Shown piece by piece: positions 41,000 through 54,137 of a stretch of 64,000 nt of DNA. Under the pieces are notes generated by a model. It saw only the letters and a program-made list of their open reading frames with translations. It had not been told where the DNA came from and did not search any database. Origin of the DNA: Eledone cirrhosa (lineage: Eukaryota). The stretch covers positions 196,168,001 to 196,232,000 of the forward strand of contig OZ024742.1 of assembly GCA_964016885.1 (NCBI GenBank), written 5' to 3'. Each line of letters opens with the position of its first letter. Position 1 is the first letter of the stretch. Made by a program: the position numbers and the translations under genes.

Positions 41000-41834
41000 T
41001 CATTGTTTTTATGTCCATTTTCCCACACTTGCATGGGTTGGACAGGTCCTTTTCAGCACGGCAAATCTCCACTCGTCATGCTTCTTTGTTATCTCCTCTG
41101 TGAATCTCAGTAATTTGAAGCTAGCTCTCACAACCTCTGCCCAGGTCCTTCTCAGTCTACCTCTTTTTATTATTATGATCCTTCATTTGCACAGTGATGA
41201 TCTTATTAACACTGGATCATTTAATTGACTACCTATCAAGTTATGTAATCTCAGATAGACACCACTTTCAGCAGGTTTATTTGCTGTTCCCAAAAGTGTT
41301 TTTTGCAATGTCGTAATGCTGGGGCTGATTCCAATTCTATCAAGGTTTTTCTAGAGGATTTCTATACTAACCCAAGTGCAGTGCCGCAATCACAGTTTGT
41401 ACCACACACACTTTCATATTCCACATTCTTTCACCATTTATTATTAAGTCTGCATACTTTACAATTTTATTTTCCCTTTACCATTGATGTAAATGCCTCC
41501 TGGGCAAGCTACATTGACCAACAAACATCTCCTTTCCGTATTTTTCTCTGCTAAAGTCATATCTGGCCTTGTATTTTAAAAGAACTTTATCTTGTGGATT
41601 GTAAAGTCCCACAAGAGTTTCAGTGAACAAGATATCGGTGACGAGAACAACAACGATGATGACACTAGTACCAATTCCTCAACAACAACAACAACAAAAC
41701 ATTGATATAAATAACAGCAACACCACAAGCAATAAAAACAACACCAGTGACAATATGAACATCAACAATGGCTGCAGTGGCAACAGCAACAATAATAATT
41801 ATAACAACAATGATTTCTACTATAGATAGGCAGA

Positions 41835-43508
41835 CGGCCAGCAATTTTGGGGAAGGGGAAAGTCGATTATATCGACCCCAATGCATTACTGGTGTTTTAT
41901 TTTATCAACCCTGTAAGGATGAAAGGTAAAGCTAACCTCAGGAGGATTTGAACTCAGAATGTAAAGGGTCATAACTATGCTGCAAAGCATATATGATTAT
42001 AATAATAATTGTTTCTACTTTTGGCACAAGGCCAGCAATTACCCTAGTGCATTACTGGTACTTTATTTTAACAACCCCATAAGGATGAAAGGCAAAGTTA
42101 ACCTCGGCAGGATTTGAACTCAAACTGTAAATGGCCATAACTATGCTGCAAAGCATGGCGTCCGACCCTCTACCGATGCTGCCAATCCACCGCCCTGAAC
42201 ATTATTATTATAATAACAAGGATTTATTTATTAACCAGCAAGCAGGGAAAAGCAGATGTAAAATGATGATGATGATGAAAGGGTTTACAAAAAGGAAGCA
42301 TTGAAGACAGCATAGGATGGCACAAAAGGGGACAATGTGGGTTTTTCACAGACAACACCACTGTGGCCAGCATCACTACCACACCAACATAGTCACTGCC
42401 TCAGTGATAGCTGTAACAGGCTGTAACAGGCAGTAGCAGCAACAGAAACAACAACAACAACAGCCAAAAGGTCAGCAAGGGGTTGTTATGTCTTGATTTG
42501 TGACCTTCCTAGTAGTGGTGTACACAATAAAAGCACTGGTAGTTGCACAACCTCATAAATGCAAATCTCAAGAAAATGATGCAGGCAAAGAATATGGATA
42601 CAAATTGTTATGGGAGTTGAACTCTTGGAGGCAACAGGAGGTGAAACCATCAGGTAGGGCATGTGTTATAAGAGTGGGGCTGTTAACAGCTCACATCAGT
42701 GGGCACAGGTATCCACAAGTTCTCACCATACAACTCTACCCCAAATTATTATCATTATATGGCAGTATCGGTAGAGGGTCGGACGCCATGCTTTGACGCA
42801 TAGAGTTACGGCCCTTGCCATTCTGAGTTCAAATCCCGCCGAGGTTAACTTTGCCTTTCATCCTTATGGGGTCGATAAAATAAAGTACCAGTAATACACT
42901 GGGTAATTGCTGGCCTTGTGCTAAAAGTAGAAACAATTATCATTATAAGAACGATGGATTGGCACTATTAGTAGATTGTCAGACACCATGCTTCGCGACA
43001 GAGTCATGGCCCTTTACATTCAGATTTCAAAACCTGCCAAGGTTAGCTTTGCCTTTCAACCCTTTACAGGGTCGATAAAATGAAGTACCAGTAATGCACT
43101 GGGGTCAATTTAATCGACTTTCTCTTCCCCCTAAAATTACTGGCCTTGTGCCCAAAGTAGAAATTATTATTATTATTATTATTATAAGGGCAGTGAATTG
43201 GTAGAGCATCGGACACCATGCTTCATGGCATAGAGTTACGGCCCTTTACGTTCTGATTCAAAATCCCATCCAGGTTAGCTTTGCCCTTTCATCCCTACGA
43301 GGTGATAAAATAAAGTACCAGTAATGCACTGGGGTAAATTTAATTGATTTTCCCCCTTCCTCAAAATTGATGGTCTTGTGCCTAAAACAGAAACTATCAA
43401 ATCCCGCCGAGGTTAACTTTGCCTTTCATCGTTATGGGGTCGATAAAATAAAGTACCAGTAATACACTGGTTTATTACTGGCCTTGTGCCAAAAGTAGAA
43501 ACAATTAT
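41835..43508. mobile_element. Cluster of six SINE family B copies (two minus at 41835-42195, four plus at 42761-43508)
   Basis: Repeated ggtta(a/g)ctttgcctttcatcc...gataaaataaagtaccagtaat. Short and long variants, the latter with ggggtc-atttaatcgact. Confidence 0.85.
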
Positions 43509-43705
43509 TATAATATGTGTGTGTATGTGTATTATATATATATAATATAAATGAGGCTGGCACTAGGAAAGGCATCCAGCTGTAGAAACCAAGCCCAAAT
43601 CGGTCCTGTATGAGCATAGTCACCTGACTCACAGCAGAATATATCATCTAACCCATGCCAGCGTGGAAAAGTAAATGTTAAACGGTGATGATGATATATA
43701 TATAT

Positions 43706-44043
43706 GGAGGCACATGGCTCAGTGGTTAGAGCATTGGCCTTGCAATCGAAAGGTTGTGAGTTCAATTCTCAGACCGGATGGCGTGTTGTTTCCTTGAGCA
43801 AGATACTTTATTTCACATTGCTCCAGTTTACTCAGCTGTAGAAATGAGATGATAGGGACTGGGGTCCCTATCATTCCACTGCAAAGTGGTCGTGGAGGTG
43901 CCACAGCAAAAAAGCACCCAGCACTCACTGTAAATGAGGTTGGTGTTAGGAAGGGCATCCAGCTGTAGAAATCAAGCCAGAATCAGTTCCCGTCCCACCC
44001 TTGCAAGCAGGGAAAAGCAGACGTAAAATGATGATGATGATGA

Positions 44044-44047
<4 letters not shown>
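43706..44047 (+). mobile_element. SINE family A copy
   Basis: Full head, centre and tail, flanked by (TA)n. Confidence 0.88.
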
Positions 44048-44104
<57 letters not shown>

Positions 44105-44985
44105 AACATATGCATACACTCATATATGCATACATGCACAGACACACTCAGACAGATATACTCATCACTGGAAATAAAAGAATAACTTTCAGTATGTATG
44201 CAGGGCATGTGAGTGACACTGTGTGAGTGAGTGAATGACACTGAGTGAGTGAGTGAATGAATGCGAGTGAGTGTGTGTTACTACTTATTACTACTTTATA
44301 TTCATTTTTCTGTGCCTCATGGTGGGATGGTTTTAGTTGGTGCAACAAGTGTTTTTACAGCTGGTGGTCCTTCCTACATATTACACACATACACACATTT
44401 ACTTACACATACAGACCCCCCCCCCCCCCCCCCCTTCATACACATACAGAGAGAAGACTAGTTATATGGAGATATTAATGTGTGAAGGGTTTCACAGTTC
44501 TTTTTTAATAGCTTAGTCAGAAAAGGAAGGGCATATGATTACACCCCATCTTCCCGGTTTCTGAGACTGGTGGGTGGAAGGTATCATCTGACTGAAGACC
44601 TGGCCTCAATAGTTCTGACAAGAAATCTCAGAGAGATTCAATAACAATTTTAGACACTTGAAATACTAATATAATCTATTCAATGGGATCTACAATACCT
44701 GTCTACCCAATTCCATTCACAAGGACTGGGTCAATTGGGATATATGTTAAAGGCACTTGCCCCGACAAATTCCATGCAGTGGAATCAAACCTTGAAGCTC
44801 ATGATTGTCAAGTAAACTTCTTAATCCCTCAGCAATTCTGCATCCACTAGCTCAACTCATCTGTAAGTTTAATTACCACAATTTTATATTAAAGATATGT
44901 TATTCTTAAATATAGCTGGTAGCTCAATTTATCTGTCAGGTTAATCACCACAATATTTATATGAAATATGTATTTATCAGATCAA

Positions 44986-45017
<32 letters not shown>

Positions 45018-46985
45018 CATCATCATCGTTTAACGTCCATGTTCCACGCTTGCATGGGTTTGGACGGGAGTTTTCACACTTGAGGCAAGAGCGGTTGTCA
45101 TTGCTCGCATAGGACTGTCTGGCGGGTTTTCTACAGCTGGATGCCCTTCCTAACACCAACCACATTTACAGTGTGGGGCTGGGAGGTTTTTACCGTGTTG
45201 CCTACACGGCCACATTACAGCGTGGACTGTGTGTTTTTTTGTCATGACACCTACACGATCTCATTTGTTTCGGCCTGGATGTTGTGGCACCAACATAACT
45301 TTACATTGAAAGGGGTGGTGTGGATGGGGTGGGGGTGGTGGGATGGGGGTGTATTTTGTTAGAGATGCCTACTGACTGTAGTAGGTTTTACTTTGTATTT
45401 AGGTAAGGCGGGTCTTCTCTATTACTGAGTACCGCCAAAGGTCTCGGTCCAGTGACATTGTCTTGGAGAGGTGTAAGTGTGTGAGGTCGGAATTTATCAG
45501 CTCGTCCCAGGTTTTTCTGGGTCTGCCTACTCCGTGGCTACCGTCTATCTTTATTGCCCTGCACTTTGTTATACAGCTGTCGTCTTTCAGGCGCATCACG
45601 TGACCATACCAACGTAGCCTTCTCTCGAGTAAACAACATCTGATCCCTCTTATTTCTAATTTTTTCCTTAGTTCGTTTATGCTTTGCCGTTCACGTATAT
45701 TACTATTACACATCCAGCGGAGCATGCAAGCTTCATTCCTCTCTAGTCTGCGTATATCCTCTGCACACAATGCCATGCAATATTGCTGTCCGTATGCAGG
45801 CATCATACAACCTGCCTTTCATTTTTAGGGAGAACCCTTTAGCGGCTAATAGTGGTATAAGCTCTCTGAACTTTTTCCATCCAGTTCTGACTCTAGCTAC
45901 TGTACTTTCAGAGCACCCTCCCCACTGCTGATTTTGTCACCCAGGTAACGGAAGCTGTCCACTATTTCTATAGAACCCTCTCCGCAATTGAAAGAGCTAG
46001 TATTTTGTGGGTACTTGCTGCTACTTATTGCACCAGAGCACCGGCCACATGTAAAATCTATGTTCTTAGTTAGCTTACCTGTGATCCCACTACATCTTTT
46101 ATGCACCCATACTTTGCATTTGGGACATAAAATGGAGTTTCTACCTACGCCTTTCCTACACACCGAGCATGGCCATTTCCCGGAAGGGACCGGCACCTTA
46201 TTTTCTTTCCTACAAACTAGAACTTTAGTCTTAACCAGGTTAATTTTAAGGCCTTTTGATTCTAAGCCGTGCTTCCATGTTTGGAATTTCTTCTCTAGCT
46301 CGGCCATTGATTCAGCTATGAGCGTTAGATCATCTGCGTATAGGAGTTCCCATGGGCAGCCGGTCTTGAACTCCTCTGTTATAGCCTGAAGGGCAATAAT
46401 AAATAGTAGGGGGCTAAGAACAGAGCCCTGATGGACACCAACTTTTACGCTAAACTCTTCACTATATTCGTTGTTAATTCTAACCTTGCTGACTGTTTCT
46501 TTATACATGGCTTGTATAGCTCTCACAAGCCATTCGTCAACACCTAGTTTTCTAAGAGCCCACCAGATAATGGAACGGGGGACTCTGTCGAAGGCTTTCT
46601 CCAAGTCGACAAAAGCTAAATATAGGGGTTTACTTTTAGCTAGGTACTTCTCCTGTAGTTGTCGTACTATGAAAAGAGCGTCTGTGGTACTTTTGCCTGA
46701 CACAAACCCGAACTGCATTTCATCTAGATCAATTCTCTCTCTGATTAGTTGCGCTATTACTTTTTCCGTGACCTTCATGACCTGGTCGATTAATTTAATG
46801 CCTCTATAGTTACTCCTATCTAGGGCGTCTCCTTTACCCTTGTAACAGTTAACGATGATGCTGCTACGCCAGTCCTTCGGAACAACCCCATTCTGTATGA
46901 CTTGGTTTACTATCCGGGTGACCATGGTGTGTCCCACCGTTCCAGAGGCTTTCAGCATCTCAGCAACTATTTCCGAAGGCCCAGA
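45018..46985 (-). mobile_element. 5'-truncated RTE LINE with complete RT domain and an inserted PHD-like zinc finger
   Basis: ORF 46958-45897 with NYRGI, QFGF, FVDLEKAFDRV, GVHQGSVLSP, YADD, then CSVC...CPKC..WVHKRC...CGRC. Frameshift near 45910 and a 14-bp deletion near 45773. (GAT)n tail and (TA)n flanks. Confidence 0.95.
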
Positions 46986-47224
46986 TATATATATAAGAAA
47001 AAAATGAAGCTTTGTTTACATGTTTTTAATGATTATCAATCTATTATACGTGTTTCACAGATGATTGGCTCAGGGTCACCATTGGAAGGTATGGAACCAA
47101 CTCCAGCATCAGACGCGGTGATTCAACAAAAAAAAACAGTGTTATATATACACTCTACCTGTGCATCGAGTGCTCATATTGGTACCACCACCAGTAATTC
47201 ACTGAATCACTTATAATATATACA

Positions 47225-47411
47225 TATTGTTTTTAATTTTGGCACAAGGCCAGCAATTACCCCAGTGCATTACTGGTACTTTATTTTATCGACCCTGTAA
47301 GGATGAACAGCAAAGTTAACCTCGGCGGGATTTGAACTCAGAACATAAAGAGCCGTAACTATGCTGCAAAGCATGGCGTCTGACTCTACCGATACTGCCA
47401 ATCCATCGCCC
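47225..47411 (-). mobile_element. SINE family B copy
   Basis: Reverse complement of the consensus. Confidence 0.85.
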
Positions 47412-47459
47412 ATATATATATATACACACACATTATATATATATATATATAACTCATAA

Positions 47460-47805
47460 ATAAGCTCATCTGTAAGCGTTTACAAGATGTATGGATCAGA
47501 TTTAAAATGTTGCTAGTTGATAGTTCAACTTATCTGTAAGGTTGCTTACCACAGGTTGTATATTATTAACATGTGTTCATCTAGTTGATCATGTAGCTAG
47601 TTGGAAGCTCACATTACCTGTAAGTTTAATCACCACAATTTTATATTAAAGATGTAGATGTGTTAATCTAGAATATATATATATCTGGTAGCTCAACTCA
47701 TCTGTAAGGTAACTTGCCACAATTATTATAAAGATGTTTTGTTCTAAAATATATAAAACTGGTGGCACAACTTATCTCCCAGCTAACTAACCACAACTTT
47801 ATATT
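47460..47805. repeat. Degenerate ~60-90-bp tandem repeat, with more units at 44846-44975
   Basis: tagctcaactcatctgtaag-tt-accacaattttatattaaagat recurs on both sides of the RTE. Confidence 0.6.
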
Positions 47806-48885
47806 ATCTCAGAACTGATCACGTCAACAAAAGTGTAAAGAATGAGGATAAAATCTTCTGATTTGTCTCTTTGTATGAACATACAGTAGTGGTCAGCAAA
47901 TGGTCAATTGGTGGTGGTGATGAATACAAATCTAAATTATTGGTTATTTCAGTAGCAAATGTAAACTGGTCAAGTGGTGAGGATCAATACAATTCTGTAT
48001 TATTGATCATTTCAGCAATAAATATAAACTAATGATACCTGAGAAAATACAGCTTTTAATTTTGCAAATGAAAACCTAACGATAAAATAAAAATAAACAT
48101 CCCCACCACCACTACTCCTGACTACCTGACTATAGACATTGTATCAATACAGCAGAAACAACAAAGATTAAATAAAAACTACTACTACAAAAAAATTTAC
48201 CATATATTTTGAACTGAGTTTGTGTAGATCTACGAGATAAGACATACGTTGGCTTTTCATGTAAGATTTCCATAGAAAAATGTGACATACACGAGTAGAG
48301 ATGACATTTTCAGCATTTTTAGACTAATATTTGTTTAATAAATGAAAAAGAAAGGCAATTCTTTTTTTTTTTAATGTTTCTTTTTTATAATTTTCCCTAA
48401 ACTGTGACCCAACACCTAAGATTCTTTTTCACTGCTAAAAGTACATCAGGTATTATCTTCTACAATGAATAAAAGTGCATCTCATGATTGGAGTTGTGAC
48501 ACAGTCGAATATTCTGGATAACATTTTAAAAAAATCAGTCTGGCCAATAGATTAGTCTATATTCACCACCATACTGTAATCACCAATCTACTTTTGTACA
48601 TTGTACTTCCATCTCTTTTACTACCACTACCATTGTTGTAGCCCTTATGAACTAGTAATCTATGTACAATTATTACTTAAAGTCTCATCCCTCTTACTGT
48701 GAATCACTTTTGCACTCCAAATCTCACTTAACATTTTACTGAATTGTTATTCCCCAAAACTTACAACTCTCTGGCAAGTAACATTAAGATAAGGACCAGA
48801 CATGGAGAGTCTATAATTATTGTTGTCTTCTTCAGGCTTAATTATGTGCATGTGTGTGTACATGCCCACACTGATACACAGACTA

Positions 48886-48950
<65 letters not shown>

Positions 48951-49539
48951 TAAGAGCAAAATGTCTACCAAGATATGAATCATAATTTTCTAAATAGAAG
49001 AGAATATGATTTTGACATCCTTGTTGATAAATGCAGAGCAAGTATGGCATGAACTGAATAAGATACATGTATATGGTTAAGTTTAATGTGAATATTGCCT
49101 GTGTCTTGAGAGTTAAACATCAATGTCACTTTCATTCTTCCTCAGCACGTGACTCAACCAACTCATTCCATTTCTCTTCACAACAATTGTCAGGGGCTTT
49201 ATTCCTATCACCTGTGACTCATTGCTGGTCTTTCTCTCCCTTAGTGATATTCCACTCATTCATTTGACCATTCTCATTTCCATTCTTTCCAGCCTTCTCT
49301 GCTACTTCACATTCATCACCCATGTCTTGCTCACATAAATCATGGCACTTCTCACACTTGCAACATACACCTTTCCCTTCAGTTCAGAACAGGTACACCA
49401 TATCTTTGCATGTCATAAGAGGTGGCTAAAAGAGTTGTCACCAGGAAGGGCATCCGACCATAATGCATTGCCTTAAACAAAAGGCCCCGTGGTGAGTAGA
49501 AGACTAGTAAAAACACTGTGAAGACAATAATGTCTGATT

Positions 49540-50010
49540 GTTGTTATGATATACAAGAATACAAGCATGGATGTTATGATACACAAGGATACAAGCATGG
49601 ATGTTATGATACACAAGGATACAAGCATGGATGTTATGATACACAAGGATACAGGCATGGATGTTATGATACAGAAGGATGTTTTGACACAGAAGGATAC
49701 AAGCTTGGATGTTATGATACAGAAGGATACAAGCATGGCTGTGATGATACACAAGGATACAAGCAGGGCTGTGATGATACACAAGGATACAAGCATGGCT
49801 GTGATGATACACAAGGATACAAGCATGGCTGTGATGATACACAAGGATACAGGCACAGCTGTTACAAAACACAGGGATACAAGCTTGGCTGTTACAATAC
49901 ACAGGGATACAAGCTTGGCTGTTACAACACACAGGGATACAAGCTTGGCTGTTACAACACACAGGGATACAAGCACAGCTGTTACAATACATAAGGGTAC
50001 AAGCACGGCT
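49540..50010. repeat. 27-bp minisatellite, about 17 units
   Basis: gatacacaaggatacaagcatgg(a/c)tgt(t/g)at units with a gradient of variants along the array. Confidence 0.92.
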
Positions 50011-51271
50011 GCACAGTTGAGAGGTTATAATATATAAGGAACATATGAACAAGACGTGATCACCTGATCAGTCTAGTCTCAGAATGTGACAACCTGCCCT
50101 ACCCACATAAGCATAGAAAATAGACGTTAAATGATGATGATGATGATAAAAAAAGTCTATATATCACAGATATACAGAGAAGAGAAAACAAAGTGATTTT
50201 TCATTTGTCCAAACTGTGGAATAAAATTTATTGACTGACCATTAAATATGAACAATCAATAGAAACTATTGATAAGTGGAAAGAACCGACTCTCTCTCAC
50301 TTCCACCATCTCTCTTACTGTATCACACACACACTCTCTCTCTCTCTCTCTCCATCTCTTTCAATGTCTCTCTCTCTCTCTGATGTGAAGATTTCAATAA
50401 AAACCACAACACTTCCTTCACAAAAGTTGACATGAATTATTTAATTGTTACAGGTGTCTGGTTGGTTGATTAATGGGTGGGTTGGATGGTTGGTAGGCTG
50501 ATTGGTGATTTCTATTTTGTGTACCTGTATGTGTATGAATGCAACCACAATTCCAATACCACCACCACAACCATCACCACTGTACACAAACCTATTCAAT
50601 AGCCAACGACGGAGCCTCTACACACTTGTTTGACCAGTAGGCAGTTAATTTTCAATCAAATCAGACGCTACTGTCATAAAAAAAGCACATTGAATAAAGT
50701 GATTCTGGAACGCTTTAGATGATAGGCCTGTTTGATGATGGTTGACCTGGGGCTAAACAACAGTGCCATCAAACTAAACATTTTACTTTTTGTTGTATTT
50801 CTTTCATGATCCCCACCCACCAGCACATTCTACTGATAACAACAACAATATAGAGTAGAGAGGACTCTTTAGTCCTGTGGAGGACATGATAACCTCTCTA
50901 GTGCGAGTGTCATGATAAAAATGCACCCAGTACATTCTCACAGGGAGAGTCAGCATAACAATAGTAGTCAATATGGTGGTGCAGTGATGTAGTGGTTAAT
51001 GTGATGGTGTAGAGGTCAGTTTTGCTGGCTGAGTAGGCAGGAACAATGTGAAATAAAGTGTCTTGCTCAAGGACAAAGTGCTACTGGGAATTGAACTCAC
51101 CTTTCATTTGTGAGCCAAACACCCTAAATATGAAACCACACATACACACACTGTGCAGGCTATCATTGCCATCATCGTCTATACAATTACTGTTCAAATC
51201 TGAGACATTAACACCTGTAATTACAGGTGTTCATAATAGTAGAGGGAGATATGATTCACAGATGATGTATC

Positions 51272-51502
51272 TTGTGTTAACCTGGTCACCTATTTGTGTT
51301 TATCTGGTCACCTAGCTTGTGTTAACCCGGTCACCTATTTGTGTTAACTCGGTCACCTATTTGTGTTTATCTGGTCACCTATTTGTGTTTATCTGGTCAC
51401 CTATTTGTGTTTATCTGGTCACCTATTTGTGTTTATCTGGTCACCTATTTGTGTTTATCTGGTCACCTAGCTTGTGTTAACCTGATCACCTATCTGTGTT
51501 TA
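51272..51502. repeat. 21-bp minisatellite
   Basis: ctggtcacctatttgtgttta(t) repeated about 11 times. Confidence 0.92.
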
Positions 51503-51509
51503 CCTTTAA

Positions 51510-51714
51510 CTCTTTAGAATTTACATTACTCTATATTGACTATTGTAGTTTCACGTTAAAGGCTTTACCTCACATAATATCAAATCTGTGAGATTTTGAT
51601 ATTTATTTTGAGACCAATACCTTAACATCAGTATGAGTGGCTGGTTATGGCCTGATTGAATAAAAAGAGATGAGAGAATTCTGGCCGGATACGGTCAGGT
51701 TAAATGCTAAAGGG
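51510..51714. mobile_element. piggyBac-type MITE (inner family)
   Basis: TTAA|ctctttagaattt...aaatgctaaaggg|TTAA. Confidence 0.75.
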
Positions 51715-52034
51715 TTAATCTGTGCCAAATAATTGCTATTGCTATGTTGTACTTTAGTAGAGCAACAGGTTAATGTTAACCCCACTGTATATGATGGTGT
51801 GGACACGGGGGTTCAAGCCCTCTGTCTGCTATCTTGGCCAAGTGTCATTACTATTGCCTCGAGTTAATCCAAACTTTGTGGGGAAAATTGGATGGAGGGG
51901 GGAAACTGTATGGAAACCTGTAATTCAAACGTCCAACCATGTCACATATATGTCATGCTGAATATGTGTGTGTGTGCCTGTGTGTATATTATGACTTATA
52001 CACTGTTCACTTTCCTGACTTTTGTACATTATTC

Positions 52035-52412
52035 GCCAAGGTTAACTTTGCCTTTCATCCTTACGGGGTCGATAAAATAAAGTACCAGTAATACACTGGG
52101 ATAATTGCTGGCCTTGTGCCAAAAGTAGAAACAATTATTCTATGTACTATACATGCACCTTTGATGACTTGTAGTGCACCTAAGCACTGTACACAATTTT
52201 CATTATTATCATTATTAATGATTGGCAGTATTGGTAGAGCATCAGACACCATGCCCTTTACATTCTGGGATCAAATCCTGTTGAGGTTAGCTTTGCCTTT
52301 CATCCTAACAGGGTTGATAAAATAATGCACCAGTAATGCACTAGGGTCGATTTAATCGACTCCCCCTCCCTTTCAAATTGTTGGCCTTGTGTCTATAGTA
52401 GAAACAATTATT
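52035..52412 (+). mobile_element. Two SINE family B copies (partial 52035-52138, long variant 52219-52412)
   Basis: Match the consensus. Confidence 0.8.
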
Positions 52413-52615
52413 ATTATAATGTGTGTATGCGTTTAGGTCTGTTTATACCATATAATAGTTCAACAAAAAGAAAGTGATAAAATAAGTGCCAGACTTGAAA
52501 AATAAGTACTAGAGTCGATACGATTGACTAGAAACCCCTATAAGGCAGTGCTCCAGTCTGACCACAATGAAACCAGTAAAAGAATAAAAGGAAATAATGT
52601 TATAAATTGACATAC

Positions 52616-52693
52616 CTCTGAGCTAAGGTATTCATCAAATACCTGCTGGGCAATGGAAGGCCGTTTTTCATCAGGAGTGATTTCATATTCTTC
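52616..52693 (-). CDS. GRK5: Internal RH-domain exon of GRK4/5/6-type kinase (equivalent to GRK5 exon 4)
   Basis: Minus strand ctcattacag|GAA...GAG|gtatgt, 78 nt, phase 0/0. Translates EEYEITPDEKRPSIAQQVFDEYLSSE, compare GRK5/6 AEYEVTPDEK. Confidence 0.88.
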
Positions 52694-53471
52694 CTGTAAT
52701 GAGAAAGGAGGAAAAATTAAAATTCAGAGATAAGAATTGAGATTAAACCATAAAATTATGATAAATATTTAGATAAATGGGCGGTGCCCCAGCATGGCCT
52801 CAGCCGGATGGCTGAAACAGGTAAAAGAGTAAATATAAACACTTAAAAAGCAGCTTTATATAGTAAAAACAGAGATAATTTCAGACAGTTTCAATATCAA
52901 AAGGGTTAATAAATACTTGTTCTAGTGTGTGTATGTGGATGGGAATAAACATTTCACTGCCATTACACAGCATTATCTGATGTCTGAGGTTGATAATCCA
53001 TAGAATACCTCCTACTACATTTCCAATTTCTAAAATACTTCCTCCTTCTACTCTCCCCTACATTCAATAATGGAATTTAAGAAGGAGACCCCCCACCCTC
53101 TCCACATACACACAACTAAAAAAACAACCCTTTGTATCATGTGTCATTCAATGAAGGGAAACAGTAGCTAGAATGGACAGAATATAACACAAAAGAATCT
53201 CATATACTTGACAATTCCTTGAAGATTTATTTTCTATCATTGAATTTTGATGGCATCTTCTGCAACCCCATTCTTATTTGTCTTCATTCTTGTCACAGAA
53301 GATTGCTCTTCCTGAAGGACTCCCACTAACAGCCCACTCACAGAATTGGTAATTAAATACAGATTACCCAGATTTTCTTTTTACCATTTCTCTAATGAAA
53401 TCTATTAAAAAAATAATCAAGAATTTTGAGCAGTTTAGTAATATAACTAACTTCATCATCACTACTAAATA

Positions 53472-53689
53472 ACTGTTTCTTATATAGGCACAAGGCCAGC
53501 AATTTTGGGGGAGGGGAAAGTCAATTAAATCGACCCCAGTGCATGCCTGGAACTTTATTTTATCGACCCCGTAAGGATGAAAGGCAAAGTTAACCTCGGC
53601 GGGATTTGAACTCAGACCATAAAGGGCCGTAACTCTTTGCTGTAAAGCATGGCATCAGACCCTCTACCGATACTGCCAATCCACCGCCC
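53472..53689 (-). mobile_element. SINE family B long variant
   Basis: Reverse complement of the consensus, including the ggggtcgatttaattgact insert. Confidence 0.85.
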
Positions 53690-54137
53690 TATCACTACTA
53701 AATAACAAAATTTCTAACTGTTTCGTCACCATATTTCTAATGAAAGACACTCCCTATGTGTTTCAACTAATTTTGAAAATAATCAAGAATTTGGAGGGTT
53801 TTAGTAGAACAATTAACCATAATTATTTATCTGGTATTTGGAACATAACTTGACAAAGGTTTTTACATGAAATTACAATGGAAAGTTTTTAGAGAAATAT
53901 AAACCTTTGAAAGTAAACAGTTTTTGTATCATGAGTGGTTTCAAGTAATTTGGATTCAAAATAGTTAATATTATGACAGAAACTTTTACTATAAGCATGA
54001 ACACTTTACAGCAAACTGGTGAAAATGTTAACACTAAGAATTAAAGGATGAATGTATAGTGAATTTAACAGTTTTTGTGTGTTTTTTTTTTAATGGCTCT
54101 TCCATGGTTTAATTACTTAATGTACTATCTATTTTAA

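Noticed and set aside
47062-47089. Possible plus-strand micro-exon (tttcacag|ATGATTGG...GAAG|gtatgg)
   Set aside because: 28 nt with no recognisable homology or partner exons. Expected by chance.
53205-53350. Minus-strand PSGRAIFCDK resembling GRK exon 3 (QPIGRLLF..FC)
   Set aside because: Stops in all frames, wrong spacing and no proper acceptor.
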